Part shown: in pieces, positions 38,932-50,800 of the stretch
Layout: each line of letters starts with the position of its first letter
Numbering within the stretch: the first letter of the stretch is position 1
Source of the DNA: Bilabrum cf. latius
Taxonomy: Eukaryota
Reading direction: 5' to 3'
Assembly: GCA_965178125.1 (NCBI GenBank)
Contig: OZ237738.1
Coordinates: 248,001 to 312,000 of the forward strand
DNA length: 64,000 nt
Position numbers and translations under genes: made by a program
Notes under the pieces: model-generated
Database searches by the model: none
What the model was told of the DNA's origin: nothing
The model's input: the letters and a program-made list of their open reading frames with translations, nothing else

Positions 38932-40962
38932 ATGGAAGCAGGAGGATCCGAGAAGAAGATTGATAGGTCTGCGGCAGATGCCGAGGAAGCCGAGGCAGCG
39001 AAGCTCGGAATGAGCAAGAAGCAGTATCGCAAGTACCTGAAGAGGCAGGAGGCCGACCAGAAGAAGGCCGAGCGAAGTGTCAAGCAGGCGGCATCCGCAA
39101 AGAAGGGTGCTATGGTGAGCGAACTGCGCGGTGCCGAGTACACTGCGCATCGTGCCAAGGTGTACAAGGCTGCGGTGGAGAAGGAAGGCCAGCCCATGTA
39201 TCCACACAAATACCACGCTACCATGTTGCTGCCAGACTTTGTCGCGAAATACGACCCCCTTGCCGAGGCCGGAAAGGAGGTGGAAGGAGCAGAGGAGGCG
39301 CTGTGCGGCCGAGTTCTCCTGGAGCGCCGGCAGTCGAAGAAGCTTTTCTTTGTCGACCTGCATGCAGATGGCGCCAAGGTCCAGCTGATGATGAACAAGG
39401 CATCATTCAGGGACCCGGCGGAGTTCGACCGGTACTCGAAGCTGGTTGCCCGAGGAGACATTGTGGGCGCCAGGGGCGTGCCATCGCGCACCAAGCTTGG
39501 GGAGCTCTCGCTGTCCGTGCGGTCCGTGACCATCCTGTCGCCCTGCCTGCACCAGCTGCCCAGCTCCGTGGTTGGCATGAAGGACAAGTCTATTCGGTAC
39601 CGCCAGAGGTACCTCGACCTCATGGTGAACCGCTCCACGAGGGACATCTTCACGGCGCGCGCACAGATCGTCAACTTCGTCCGGAGGTACCTGGACGAGA
39701 GGCACTTTGTCGAGGTGGAGACGCCCATGATGAACATGATTCCAGGCGGTGCGACTGCGAAGCCGTTCGTGACCTACCACAACGACCTCAAGATGGATCT
39801 ATTCATGAGGGTGGCACCCGAGCTCTACCTCAAGATGCTCGTCGTGGGAGGGCTGGACCGAGTCTACGAGATCGGGCGCCAGTTCAGGAACGAGGGTATC
39901 GACATGACGCACAACCCCGAGTTCACCACGTGCGAGTTCTACATGGCCTACGCGGACTACAACGACCTGATGACGATGACCGAGGAGATGATCAGCGGAA
40001 TGGTCAGGGAGATCCACGGCACCACCAAGATCAAGTACCACCCCGACGGTGAGGGCGAGGGGAAGCCCGAGATCGAGCTGGATTTCACCACCCCCTTCCC
40101 CCGCGTGCCGCTGGTGGAGGGTATCGAGGAGAGGGGCGGGTTCAAGATCCCCCAGCCGCTCGAGTCCGAGGAGGCCCGCAAGTTCCTGGACGACAAGTGC
40201 ACGGAGCTCAAGATCGCGTGCCCCGCGCCGCGATCCACTGCCCGCCTGCTGGACAAGCTGGTGGGCTACTATATCGAGGACCACATCGTGGAGCGACCGA
40301 CGTTCATCATCGACCACCCTGAGCTCATGTCCCCGCTAGCCAAGTACCACCGCTCCAAGCCGGGCCTGACCGAGCGATTCGAGCTGTTCATCGCGGGCAA
40401 GGAGGTTTGCAACGCGTACACAGAGCTGAATGACCCCGCGGTGCAGCGGGATCGCTTCATCGAGCAGATGTCCGCCAAGGCGGGTGGCGACGATGAGGCG
40501 CAGCCGCACGACGAGACCTTCTGTAAGGCGCTCGAGCACGCGCTGCCCCCCACGGCCGGCTGGGGCATGGGGATCGACCGCATGACCATGTTCCTCACCG
40601 ACAAGAACAACATCAAGGAGGTGCTTCTGTTCCCCGCCATGAAGCCCGAGCTCGGCGGCAGGGGCATCCGGGACCTGGATCTAGGCACCGCAGACGGAGT
40701 GCGCGCCCTCGACGACTTCCTCCGGGTGGAGGGGCGTCTATTCCTGGGAGGCGCCAAGCCAACCAAGCTGGACGCTGATTCCTACGACGCCATGTGCAAG
40801 GCGCCGGAGGAGGACGTTGCCAAGTGTGCCAACGCGAGGGCTTGGTTCGACATGGTTGGCGCGTTCACGTCTGCGGTGCGCAAGTCCTGGGCGGCAGAGA
40901 AGGTCGAAGCAGCCAGCGGGGCCGGAACTGACGGCGGTGCTGCCACTGGCGGAGGCAAGTGA
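38932..40962 (+). CDS. KARS1: Cytosolic lysyl-tRNA synthetase (class II), 676 aa, with a C-terminal extension
   Basis: YPHKY, OB-fold anticodon domain, [80 protein letters not shown]. No internal TAG; ends at TGA. Confidence 0.98.
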   Translation: MEAGGSEKKIDRSAADAEEAEAAKLGMSKKQYRKYLKRQEADQKKAERSVKQAASAKKGAMVSELRGAEYTAHRAKVYKAAVEKEGQPMYPHKYHATMLLPDFVAKYDPLAEAGKEVEGAEEALCGRVLLERRQSKKLFFVDLHADGAKVQLMMNKASFRDPAEFDRYSKLVARGDIVGARGVPSRTKLGELSLSVRSVTILSPCLHQLPSSVVGMKDKSIRYRQRYLDLMVNRSTRDIFTARAQIVNFVRRYLDERHFVEVETPMMNMIPGGATAKPFVTYHNDLKMDLFMRVAPELYLKMLVVGGLDRVYEIGRQFRNEGIDMTHNPEFTTCEFYMAYADYNDLMTMTEEMISGMVREIHGTTKIKYHPDGEGEGKPEIELDFTTPFPRVPLVEGIEERGGFKIPQPLESEEARKFLDDKCTELKIACPAPRSTARLLDKLVGYYIEDHIVERPTFIIDHPELMSPLAKYHRSKPGLTERFELFIAGKEVCNAYTELNDPAVQRDRFIEQMSAKAGGDDEAQPHDETFCKALEHALPPTAGWGMGIDRMTMFLTDKNNIKEVLLFPAMKPELGGRGIRDLDLGTADGVRALDDFLRVEGRLFLGGAKPTKLDADSYDAMCKAPEEDVAKCANARAWFDMVGAFTSAVRKSWAAEKVEAASGAGTDGGAATGGGK

Positions 40963-41144
40963 GCTGCATAGGGACTGTAGGTCCTCGGCGGATTGTTCGT
41001 GCGTGCACGTATCTCAGACGCGCGTAGGCCTCAGCTGCATTGCGGCCAGGCCGAAGCCGCGTCTGAGTGGATGGTGGTTTATCATACACATTAAGTTCGA
41101 ATACGAGCTTTGATTGCATGCTCAACGCGCTGCTCCCACCACCC

Positions 41145-43976
41145 TCACAATGGCAGCGTGCCATCAGGCCGCTTCAGGTCTCCAGCACACGCCCCTCCTC
41201 CTACCGCCCTCACTCTCCGGCCATCCATGTCCGCTTCCACGGTGCCACGGAGCAACTCGGCATCTGCTGATCCACTTGCAAAACGCAATTTTGCGTTCGC
41301 ACTGTGCTCTGCTGCTTCCTAGATCAGGTCAGACAGCGCCACGGGGGGCCTCTCGCCACGAGGGGAGACCCGCTCCCCTGTTGGGGTGCGGGACCACCAG
41401 TGCACGGCGAACGACTGCTTGTAGTGCTCGCAGCAGCCGCCGCCCTTCTCGTAGTGCGCGCACCCGAGCTCACGCAGCTCGTCTCCGTCCTTGTACCGCA
41501 CCGGGTACATGGTCTCTTGAGGCAGGATCGCAGCAGCCCACATGCCCTCCTCGCCCAGCGCCCGGCGCAGCAGCCTCGGCCCTGTACTCCAGTTCGGGCT
41601 GTCGAAATCCACCACGGCCTGGCTGGCGAGGCTTACGGCTCGCTGTGCGACTGGGTGGCCTCTGCTAAATCCGAAAAAACCGTTCGACACGCTCTGCCAC
41701 ATGCCCTCGTCGCCGTCCTCGTGGCAAATCACTGCGCCAGACAGCCTTGTAAACGCGTCGATCGGCCTGCACAGCTCAAAGTCTAGGTCCACGTAGAACC
41801 CTCCATGTCGCATGACAGCGTCGAGTCTCATCAGATCGGCTTTCTGTTCCGGGGCCTTTGCAGCGAGGATCTGATGCTTAAGCGCAGCAAAATGCTCGGG
41901 AGCTCCTTGCTCTCGGTTCAGGTCGCGATCTGTCCAAAGCATGACCGTGAAGGCAGGATGCCGTCGCATCCAGCTCCGCATAGTCTTTGCTTGTGGCCAC
42001 GGCATTGAATCGCTGCCGATCCACACGAAGTGGAGGATGCGTGGGACGGCCGGGACCCGCAATCCCATCCAGGCCGGTGGCGGCGCGATCACAGCTTGCG
42101 GACTGAAAAGGGCGCGAAGGCTACGCGATTTCTTGTTCGAGCGCCCCGATGTCATCATATGCTACGCGTCATACGTGACATGCCACCGGTCCAACGCCTC
42201 TCGGCGCAGCTCGCAGCCGACCGAGTCATCATAGTCGGGGTTTTCTTCCAGCTTTGAAGCTGCCCTGTGAAGCGCGGCAAGCCGAGGCCGGGGAAACCAG
42301 GGAAGGGCGTCAACGGATGCCGGCGACAGCGCGCGAATTCTGCACCCCGCCGAAGAAAACGTACTAAACGAGTCAGATTCACCGGTGCAGAGGCCGCTTG
42401 CAAGTATATCGTCGTACACGCTCCTGATTGCCAACAGGGCAGCTGGGTCCGCCGATGGAGGCAGGTGCTACCAGCTCGACCGCAGTTCCCTGCCAGCCGT
42501 CCATGCCCGCATGTGCCGTACATCGCTACTTTCAGCATATGAGGCGGACAAGTTCGCAAAGAAAGCCCGCCCACGAGCTGTTGCAGCAGCAGCGGAACCC
42601 AGCTACAGCAGCCCATGCAGAACAGCCCGACCAGCAATTCCTCCCCTTTGACCTGCAGCGTACCACGGAACGATGCCACCTGCACTTCTCTCCAGCCCCG
42701 CGACAAGATCTACGTTGCCAACCAAACCAAGAGCCTCGTCAAGTCGACGCGACAACTCCGGCGATGCACCGGCAGTCGCGAGGATCCGGCTGCCACCGGC
42801 AAGGCAGCTGCCGCCGCGCTCAATCACGAGGGCAACGCAGAGGGCGTGTACCTTGATGCTGTGCGGGGCTTGTTCTAGCCAGCGCTCCAGAGCAGCCGCG
42901 TTGACGTCCTGCTCCCCCGTCACTGCGGCTCGCAGGGCTCGCACGCCCTCCTGCCAGTCAACGATACGGATATTTACGTTGGCTGGGCTGTGGGCCCGGA
43001 GGTCCACCTGCATGCGACGCATGCAAATAGATGTGTAACTCGAATGCATCTCTGGGGTACGCAGCAAGTGAATGCTCGTGACGCCGTGGGTGCTGCTTGG
43101 CTCGAGGTGGCCGTGGTGTGGAGCACCGTGCTCCGGCCCCGTGCTGAGCAAAGCAGGCGGGGGCCACGGCACCGAAAGCTGCATCAGGGTCCCTGGCTGC
43201 ATCCATCTGTACATTTCGATGGCTAGCATTCTGCGCGCGATGTACTCCATGGGCTGGACGCCGCACCTCCACGGCAGGGCTTGGTCCAGCAGGGCGCGGG
43301 CAGCGGCAGGGGTGAGCACGTAGGCCGCGCCCATGGCGGCAGCACTCTCCGAAGTGGGGAGCATTGCACCAGGCTCAAATCCGAATGTAGGTTCATTGAA
43401 CCTAGCCACCTTTGCAGCCGCTCCATACTGTTTCCAGTGTATGGCGGCCGACAGACGGTGTGACAGCCGCAACGGTGCAAGACTCAGAACAATCATGTTG
43501 CCCAAAGCTGGCACCGGTAATGACTGCATTGCAGCTATTGAATCAATATGCGACCAGTTTCCAACCACTATCAGGCTTGGCCCTTTACGTGCGGCTGCTA
43601 TTCTCCAGCTCTGAATGTGTTGGAAAGCAATGCGAACACTTGACGGGCAGTCCTCGGCCCACCCCGCCGCAATGGCATCAACTTCAGCTACCACTGGAAT
43701 ACTTGGCAGACAAATTGTTGAAATTGATGCCCTGTCGCACAGTATCTACGGCCTACCATCGTAACACTGGAGCTGAATACACTAATCTATGTGCAATCGC
43801 TTCGAGCGATTCTTTGAGCCAATAAAATGGTCCACTTCAGGGCTGAACCTCAGAAACCATACAAGTATAATACAAACTAAGGCAAGGATAGAGCCAAGAA
43901 TTGTCTGAAGAGAAAGAAAATTGCGGTTGGTTTGGAACGACCTCTTTGAACCCCAATATCTGCGGGCTCCCCCCAT
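41145..43976 (-). CDS. Type II membrane multidomain glycosyltransferase with a C-terminal GT32 (DXD, Gly_transf_sug) domain, ~943 aa
   Basis: N-terminal TM segment ILGSILALVCIILVWFL. C-terminal VPRILHFVWIG...KADLMRLDAVMRHGGFYVDLDF...TGPRLL...FAVHWWSRT. ORFs ending at 43782, 42603, 42162 and 41319 are in one frame joined by 6 TAGs. TGA at 41145-41147. Confidence 0.82.
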
Positions 43977-44832
43977 TCCGAGCGCACGTCTTAGAAATCC
44001 TTGACTCCAACAATGAATTAAACTTTGCCTGTTGTGGTGTCATGCCACACCATTCATCGCTTAGCTGAGGGCACGGGAAAGGTAATACTATCTTCATCTT
44101 TACTTTTTAATGTCGAAAAATTGTCTCTGGCAATGGCCTAGTGGCACGTCTTGCGACCGCCGGCGCTGGCATGCTGCTAGGCCTATGGCGAATTGGATCG
44201 GGCGACCACATTACGCGGGTTACGCATAGACCGCGCTTCAAAGCTTGACTGCGGTGAGATTCGTTGCTTGAGTATTATCTTAAGCAGTTGTGGGTTCATT
44301 CAAGGTGCCATGCAGCGAAAAGAGGCAGTTGGGGAAAAAACCCGCAAACGGCATCCAAGAGTCAGCGCCTGATATATTTCCCTTATGCGGTTTACCCTCG
44401 CAGCTGAATTCGTCGCCTCATATTGCACGACTGTCTAGATCAGTCTGTCGTTGCTGATTTGAGGTGAATAAGCCAGGTGAGAGACAGCCACAGTGCCAAC
44501 TACGTCACTAGCCCTGTGTTCCTATCTCGGGTACTGAGAGGCAGTTTTGACTCAATCATGGAAAATATAGCATTTTGAGGCTAACATGATTCTTGATGTA
44601 CTGCGTGCGACACGCATTGTACCAGATGTTGACGTCAACAGCCAGCGATGTTCGCTTGACAGCCAAAACATTCTTGATGTTGACTTCACGATGCCTTGTA
44701 CAGCCCCACTATTGGTTCTTCTCTTGCCACGTTGCATACGAATGCATTCAATTTTGATGTGGCACAGACATGTACTGCCGATAGCCTAGCTTGTGCAATT
44801 TTTGTTGCCGTCCGCAGCTGGAATCTGCTCCT
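43977..44832. promoter_or_regulatory. Divergent intergenic/promoter region (glycosyltransferase / giant surface protein)
   Basis: Longest non-coding stretch in the window (856 nt), lower GC; may include a 5' exon or UTR intron. Confidence 0.45.
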
Positions 44833-47800
44833 ATGCTGGAATTGCACAGTAGAAGCAGATGCACCGCATCTGTGTTCGCTGCTCTTCTGCTTGCTTCTAG
44901 TGCATATGCGAGTGTAAGCGTAGATGGATCCCTGCCTAGCGACGGTGCGACTTCGGTCGCGCTGTCGCCGTCGACGATTGAGATTCACTTCGACACGGCA
45001 ATCAAGGCGCGTCCAGGTCACTCCGTTTTCGTCGTCCGCCGCTCAGACGGCGTGGCGGTCGCCGAGTTTGACGCTGGTATCGCCGCAATTGACGACAGGG
45101 CTGGGACACCGGACAGTGTTCTACAGTTCAGCCTGAGGGTAGGCGAGGAGCTGGCCGCGCCGCTCGATCCCGAGACAGAGTATGCCATCACTGCCGAGGC
45201 AGGTGTGGCAGAGGACGCCACCGACTCGACCTCGCTGTCCCCTGCCATCGTGCTGGGCGGCAGCACGTCTCCAACTTTTACTACAACCAAGCTTCCCGGC
45301 TGTGCCAACTGGCTTTCGGCCGTGGATGCCATCTCATCCGGAACGTACGAGCCTTGGATGTCCAACACCGCCCACTGCGACTTTGTGTCGCCCACTGGAG
45401 CCATGACTCTGGTGGGATACGCCACTGCGTCCACCACGCAGTCCTCGGCTCTGCTGCCCGGCAACCTCAACGTGGAGGACCAGGCATCGGGCACCTCTGT
45501 GTTCAACGCGAGCAGGAGGAGCGGCGGTGCCACGCTGGAGGCCGATGAGGGGCTGGCGCGCGGTGCCATCGGGCTCATGGTGTCGGGGCGAAGCGGCAAG
45601 TCCTCGGCTGGGCTGCGGGGGTCAAGCACATACGACCACGCGTACCTGATCCAGTACCCCTCCCGGGCGGTGGGCGCAGATGGTCCATCACTGGTGCGCG
45701 GGTCCAGTGCCTCCACCAGCCAGGCCTGCACCAACTTCGACTGGGCCACCGTGTCGTGCATGTCCACGGGGGCAGACTCGGACGCCTGCGTGAACAACGT
45801 CCTGCCGCCTCGCATGCAGGTGGAGGGCAGCACCATGACGGTGCAGGGGGGTGACGGGTACGGAGCAGTGGCCCGTATCTCGTCCACCACCGCACTCTGC
45901 GATTGGACCCCTGATTCCAACGGAGTGGCCGCCATCTACGCAGGAGCCGACTCGGGCGCTGTGAGCGCCCTCTATCGGGTGCCGGGTGGCACCACCTACG
46001 GCCGAACATTCGGCTCTGTGGCCGTGTGGACAGCAGGGGAGGCCCCCATGCAGTCTTGCCGCGCGCACCTCGATGCAGCCACGGGAGATCAGATGGTCGC
46101 ATGGTACCTGCTTCCCGGCGGAGGCGCACCCCGGCCCAACGGCGACGTGCGCGACTACTCCGGCCGTGGCTTTGACCTGCCCGCCACCAGCCAGTACAAG
46201 TTCAGCGCCTCCGATGGTGGGTTTCTGTTCAAGTCCGCCACTACAACTGAAGAGGCCGGCGCAGCGCAAGCAGGCAGCAGCGACACCCCTGTCCCCGTGG
46301 AAGGTGACTAGGCCTTCTCGTTCTGCGCTTGGTTTCGGTACGACGGATATCAAGGCGGCACCCAGTGGCCCTCGTCCCTGTCCTATGCGCCCATCCTGGG
46401 GCTGCGCGCATACAGCGGCATTCAGACGAACCAAGGCCTCGTCTTCGGTGCGTTCAAGGGCGGCCGGCTCGGCGTGGATTTCCGTGGGGCCCGCGTGCTG
46501 TCCAAGGACGCCGGCACCGTGGGCGAGTGGACCCACGTGTGCGTGACCAGGACTCCCTCAAGCAAGAAGCTCGAGAGCACCACCATCTACATCAACGGAG
46601 CCAAGGCAGTGGCTCAGCTAGACACGGACGCCGCCATCCGCGGCCAGCCGTCCGCCAACGCGCCCCCCTCCATCAAGGCAGCTCCCCTGCAGCTGGGAAT
46701 CCACCAGGACCCCGCCAGTGGCAACGAGCACGTGTGGAACGGCAGGCTGTACGACGTGCGGTTCTACTCGCGGGCCCTGTCCATGCGTGACGTGGTCGCA
46801 GTGCACGGTGCTGCAGGCGGAGGCCCTTCACTCATTGGCCTTGAGGTCAGCGCACTTGCCAAGGCAGCCGCTGATTGGGACTTTGACGGGGGATCTTCCT
46901 TGGACGAGGAGGGCGCCAGCACTGCGTCTGCTGCTGCCACCCGCAGGAGTGCCGCTCTGGTGAGTTCGATGAACCGCGTGGGAGGCAGCACTGCCTCGTC
47001 CACTGGCTTCTAGTGCTCGCTGGAGGGCACTGCACGCGTGAGCGGTGGGTCTCTTGTGCTGGACGGGGCTGGGCATGCAGATTGCGGTGCCCTTGCTTCT
47101 GACTTGACCTCGTTCACCATCGAGGCCTGGGTCTCGGCTGCCGATGACCATTCATCTAACGGTGGGGGTGCTGTGATCTCCCTTGCAGAGAGCAAGGACT
47201 CCACCGGTTCATTCGATGCAATCACGTTTGGAGAGCTTTACCGCGGAGAGTGGCTAGACTCGTCCGATGGTCGCCGCCGCACCAGCTCGTCCCAGCGCAC
47301 CCCCCAGGAAGAGGACTCGTTCGGTGGCAGCCGCCGCATTCACCTCGTGCTCACGGTGGATGCAGCCACCAGGACTCGCACGCTCTACAAGGACGGATAC
47401 GCCCTGCGCAGCCGCACCACTTCCTCCGTGCAGACCCACAGCAGGTCCACGCACCGTGTCCTGATCGGGTGCAGGAACCCCTCCTGCACGGACAGCGGCC
47501 GCAGGTTCCGCGGTGCCGTTCATCAGGCTCGTGTGTACTCCGGGTCCATGACAGCCTCGGAAGTGATTGCTCTGCATCGCCTCGGCGCTACCGCCAACGC
47601 TCCTGGGCTTGCCGTGGGTGGCGAGCTTGGCCTGCTGAACGGACCCCGCCTGCTGTCCCTTGCTGGAGACCAGTCAATGGACGCAAAGGGTGGGTGGCGC
47701 GCTGAGTGTGACATGGACACTGACGATGGCGGCTGGACCCGGTTCTGGTGGTACCACGGACACACGCGGTCTTCGTTCCCATCCGGCGAGAACGACGTGC

Positions 47801-50800
47801 TCTCTGAGGACTTCGGCGATTGTGACCCTGACGCGGACTACTGCTTCGCCAAGATGCCCTCCTTCCTAAAGGAGGAGTCCACGCAGCTGATGGCTCGCGA
47901 CAGCAAAGGCACCACGTACATCTGGACCTTCGACCCGAACAATGACGTGGCCCACCGGGCCTGGCTTGCGTTCAGCAAGGGCGAGGAGACTCTCTACGAC
48001 GTGCTCGAGGACAACTCTGGCCTGGCCTCGGGGCACGCAGACAAGCACGTGTGGCAGCCAGTTGTGGTTGCGCAAGGCGGCTTCCACGGCCGAGAGTAGT
48101 CTTAGTTCATGTACCGGCAGCAGAACGGCATCAAGTCGATCATGCTGGATGACGACGGGTGCTCCTGCTACTCCACGCTAGAGATGGGTCACCCTATGTG
48201 CGGCAACTCGTGGGACTCTCAGTTTGCTTCTGGTGATACCGGGGCTGATGCCATTAACGATGATGGATGCAACGGACCACAGGAAGGTGTTGGTCTCGAG
48301 CTGTTCTTCCGAGAGACTCGCACCGGGGCCACCATGCCTACGGTCCGTACCGAGTCTGCTAGCATCGTCAGTTCGGCAGCAGCTCCCGCTGTTCGCGTCA
48401 AGGTTGTCCGTTCTGCTGCAGGTGGAGCCATCACAAAGCGCTCTCGATCTGCTGGCAGCGGAGCAGCTGCACCTGAGATCGTGGTCGGATTCCACACTGT
48501 GGCAGGCAGTGCTGAGGCTGGCACCCATTTCCTGGCAGCAAGCGGCGAGATTTCGTGGGCGCACGGCGACACGAGCCCCAAGTACATCACGGTCCCGCTG
48601 CAGTCCTCCGGGGCCCAGGCTATCACGGATGACAAGCACTTCACCGTCACGCTGCAGGCACCGCGTGGGGCCCGCTTCCCCGCGCCCCATCCACGCGCTT
48701 CCATGCGGGTAGACAGCGCCGCCTACCGGTCCGTGCGTCAGACCCGTGTCACCCTGCAGCCCATCGTGGGGGCTGGGGGCACGGCGGGCCCGCTTCGTCT
48801 CCAGAGCGTGGGTGAGGGCCAGCTGCACCAGGACGAGCTGAGGCCACAGGTGGACTTCACTCTGCCCGCTGCCATGCAGGCTGGCAACATCGCCCGTGGG
48901 CAGCCGGTGTTCACCTCAGGCTTCCGGTCCAGCAACCGTACCCGGTCGCAGAGCGAGCAGTCTCTGGTGGATGGCAGGTACGGAGACCTTGATGCATTTG
49001 TGCCCGCCGCTGACATGTTCAAGTCTCGCGCCCAGTCCAGGGACTACTACTATGCCGCTGTGGTGCTGCCTGATGGCGGCAAGCGGGTCCGTATGGTGGC
49101 CTTCGGGCGCGACAACACCGGCGTGTTTGCCAACCGACTGATGGGTAACATCACGCTGGAGTACACCCGCGTAATGAACCCTACTGCGACTACCATGGAC
49201 ACCTCGTGGGTCGAGATCGACACGATCCAGCCCACTTCGCCACTGAGGCACCTGTACGCACTCAACACGCCTACTTTTGCCACAGCCCTGAGGCTGAAGC
49301 TTGCCAATAGTACCGAGGGCACGCTGGTGATCGATGAGTTCGAGGTGTATGCTGACACTGGGTCCGCAGACACGACTTCTGACCTGGAGGCCTCTTACGA
49401 CTTCACTGCGGATCAGATTGCCACCAACCTGGGTCAGGTGACTGTGGCTGATCTGTCCGGTAACGACCGCACCGCCGAGGTTGAAGGAACTGTGCAGTTC
49501 CCTGCAACCGCCTTCCAGATCTCTTACGTTAGCCTGCGTGGATCGGGGGGTTTCCTCCGCGTTCCCGGCCTGCGTGGAGCCAATTTCTCGAGGACCGGCC
49601 TGACCGTCAGCATGCTGGCTCGCAGGGCACCCACGGATGCCGCGCGGTAGAGCAGCACAGCTTCACTTTTCAGCACAGGGTATGCCAAGGACAGTCAGGC
49701 GTTTGACTTGAGGTACCTGCAGAGCCCAACTGCGCCCAGCGGAACACCTACCATTCCTCTCACCCGTGAGGTGGCGCAGACTGGATTTTCGGCTCTGCCG
49801 GGCTCCTAGGCCATGCTCCTTCCCGACGACTCGACCGAAACCGAAGACTACTCCCCCCCAGGTGTGTCAGTTGTCGGTCAGGTCGAGGATGCGCCCGCTT
49901 GGGTGATGCTGACGGCAGTGTATGACCGTGACACCAATCGCACCCAGCTGTATGTCAACGGACAGCAGGCTGCCGATGTCGCTGTGGATGGCCTACCCCA
50001 GGTCAGCATCGGGAGCGATGTCACGATCGGCGCGGCTTTGGCTGGTCCTGGCAGTACCACTGGCGGAGGCCGAGGTGTGGTTCCCGGCGGATTCCATGGC
50101 GATGTCGGTCGTGTTCGCGTGTTCAGTCGCGCCCTGACCCCGGATGAGGCGGAGCTTTTGTACGATGAAGTCGCGGATGACATGGCTACAGATGGATATG
50201 CCCTGTGGTGGCGCACCCAGGAACAGAGCGGCAGCTTGCTGCTGGATGCTTCGGGGCACAGCAACTCTGGCAGCGTTGGCGGAGGTGTGTGGAAGGACGG
50301 CGCTCTGCACTTCAGTGGCTCATCGGGCAGCACTGGCAACGGCGCGAGGTCCCTCAGTAACTCTGGACTCGTGGGTGATGCCTCCTTCACGATGTCTGCT
50401 TGGGTATACTACGACGGTGACTTCATCCCGTCTGGTGTGAGTCATATCATGGGTACTGACCTGTCTGGTGGTGCCTCGGCAACTGGCAGTGACTATGCCA
50501 CGCAAGGTACCGGCGTGGCCCTATCATTGCGCAGTGGTGTGCTGTCACTCGAATATGGCCAGGATGTGCGCGTGCAGGGTACCAGCGCACTGGCGCCCAG
50601 GCGGTGGTACCATGTGGCAGTGGTCCGCCGCTCTTTAGAGAAGAAGGATGCGGGAACGCACCTGTTCCTTAACGGTGAGGAGATCAGCACGCAACTGCGC
50701 AAGCCCACTGCGACCTCCGCCGAGGCTGCCCAGAACGCACCCGCGATCGCGGCAGCCCCAATCAGCATTGGTCGACTGGGCTCTGGTCGGAGGTGGGCTG

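Noticed and set aside
44552-44830. Short ORFs and a small direct repeat (ATTCTTGATGT twice) in the intergenic region
   Set aside because: Only two short copies, no coding bias, and no terminal repeats or array structure.
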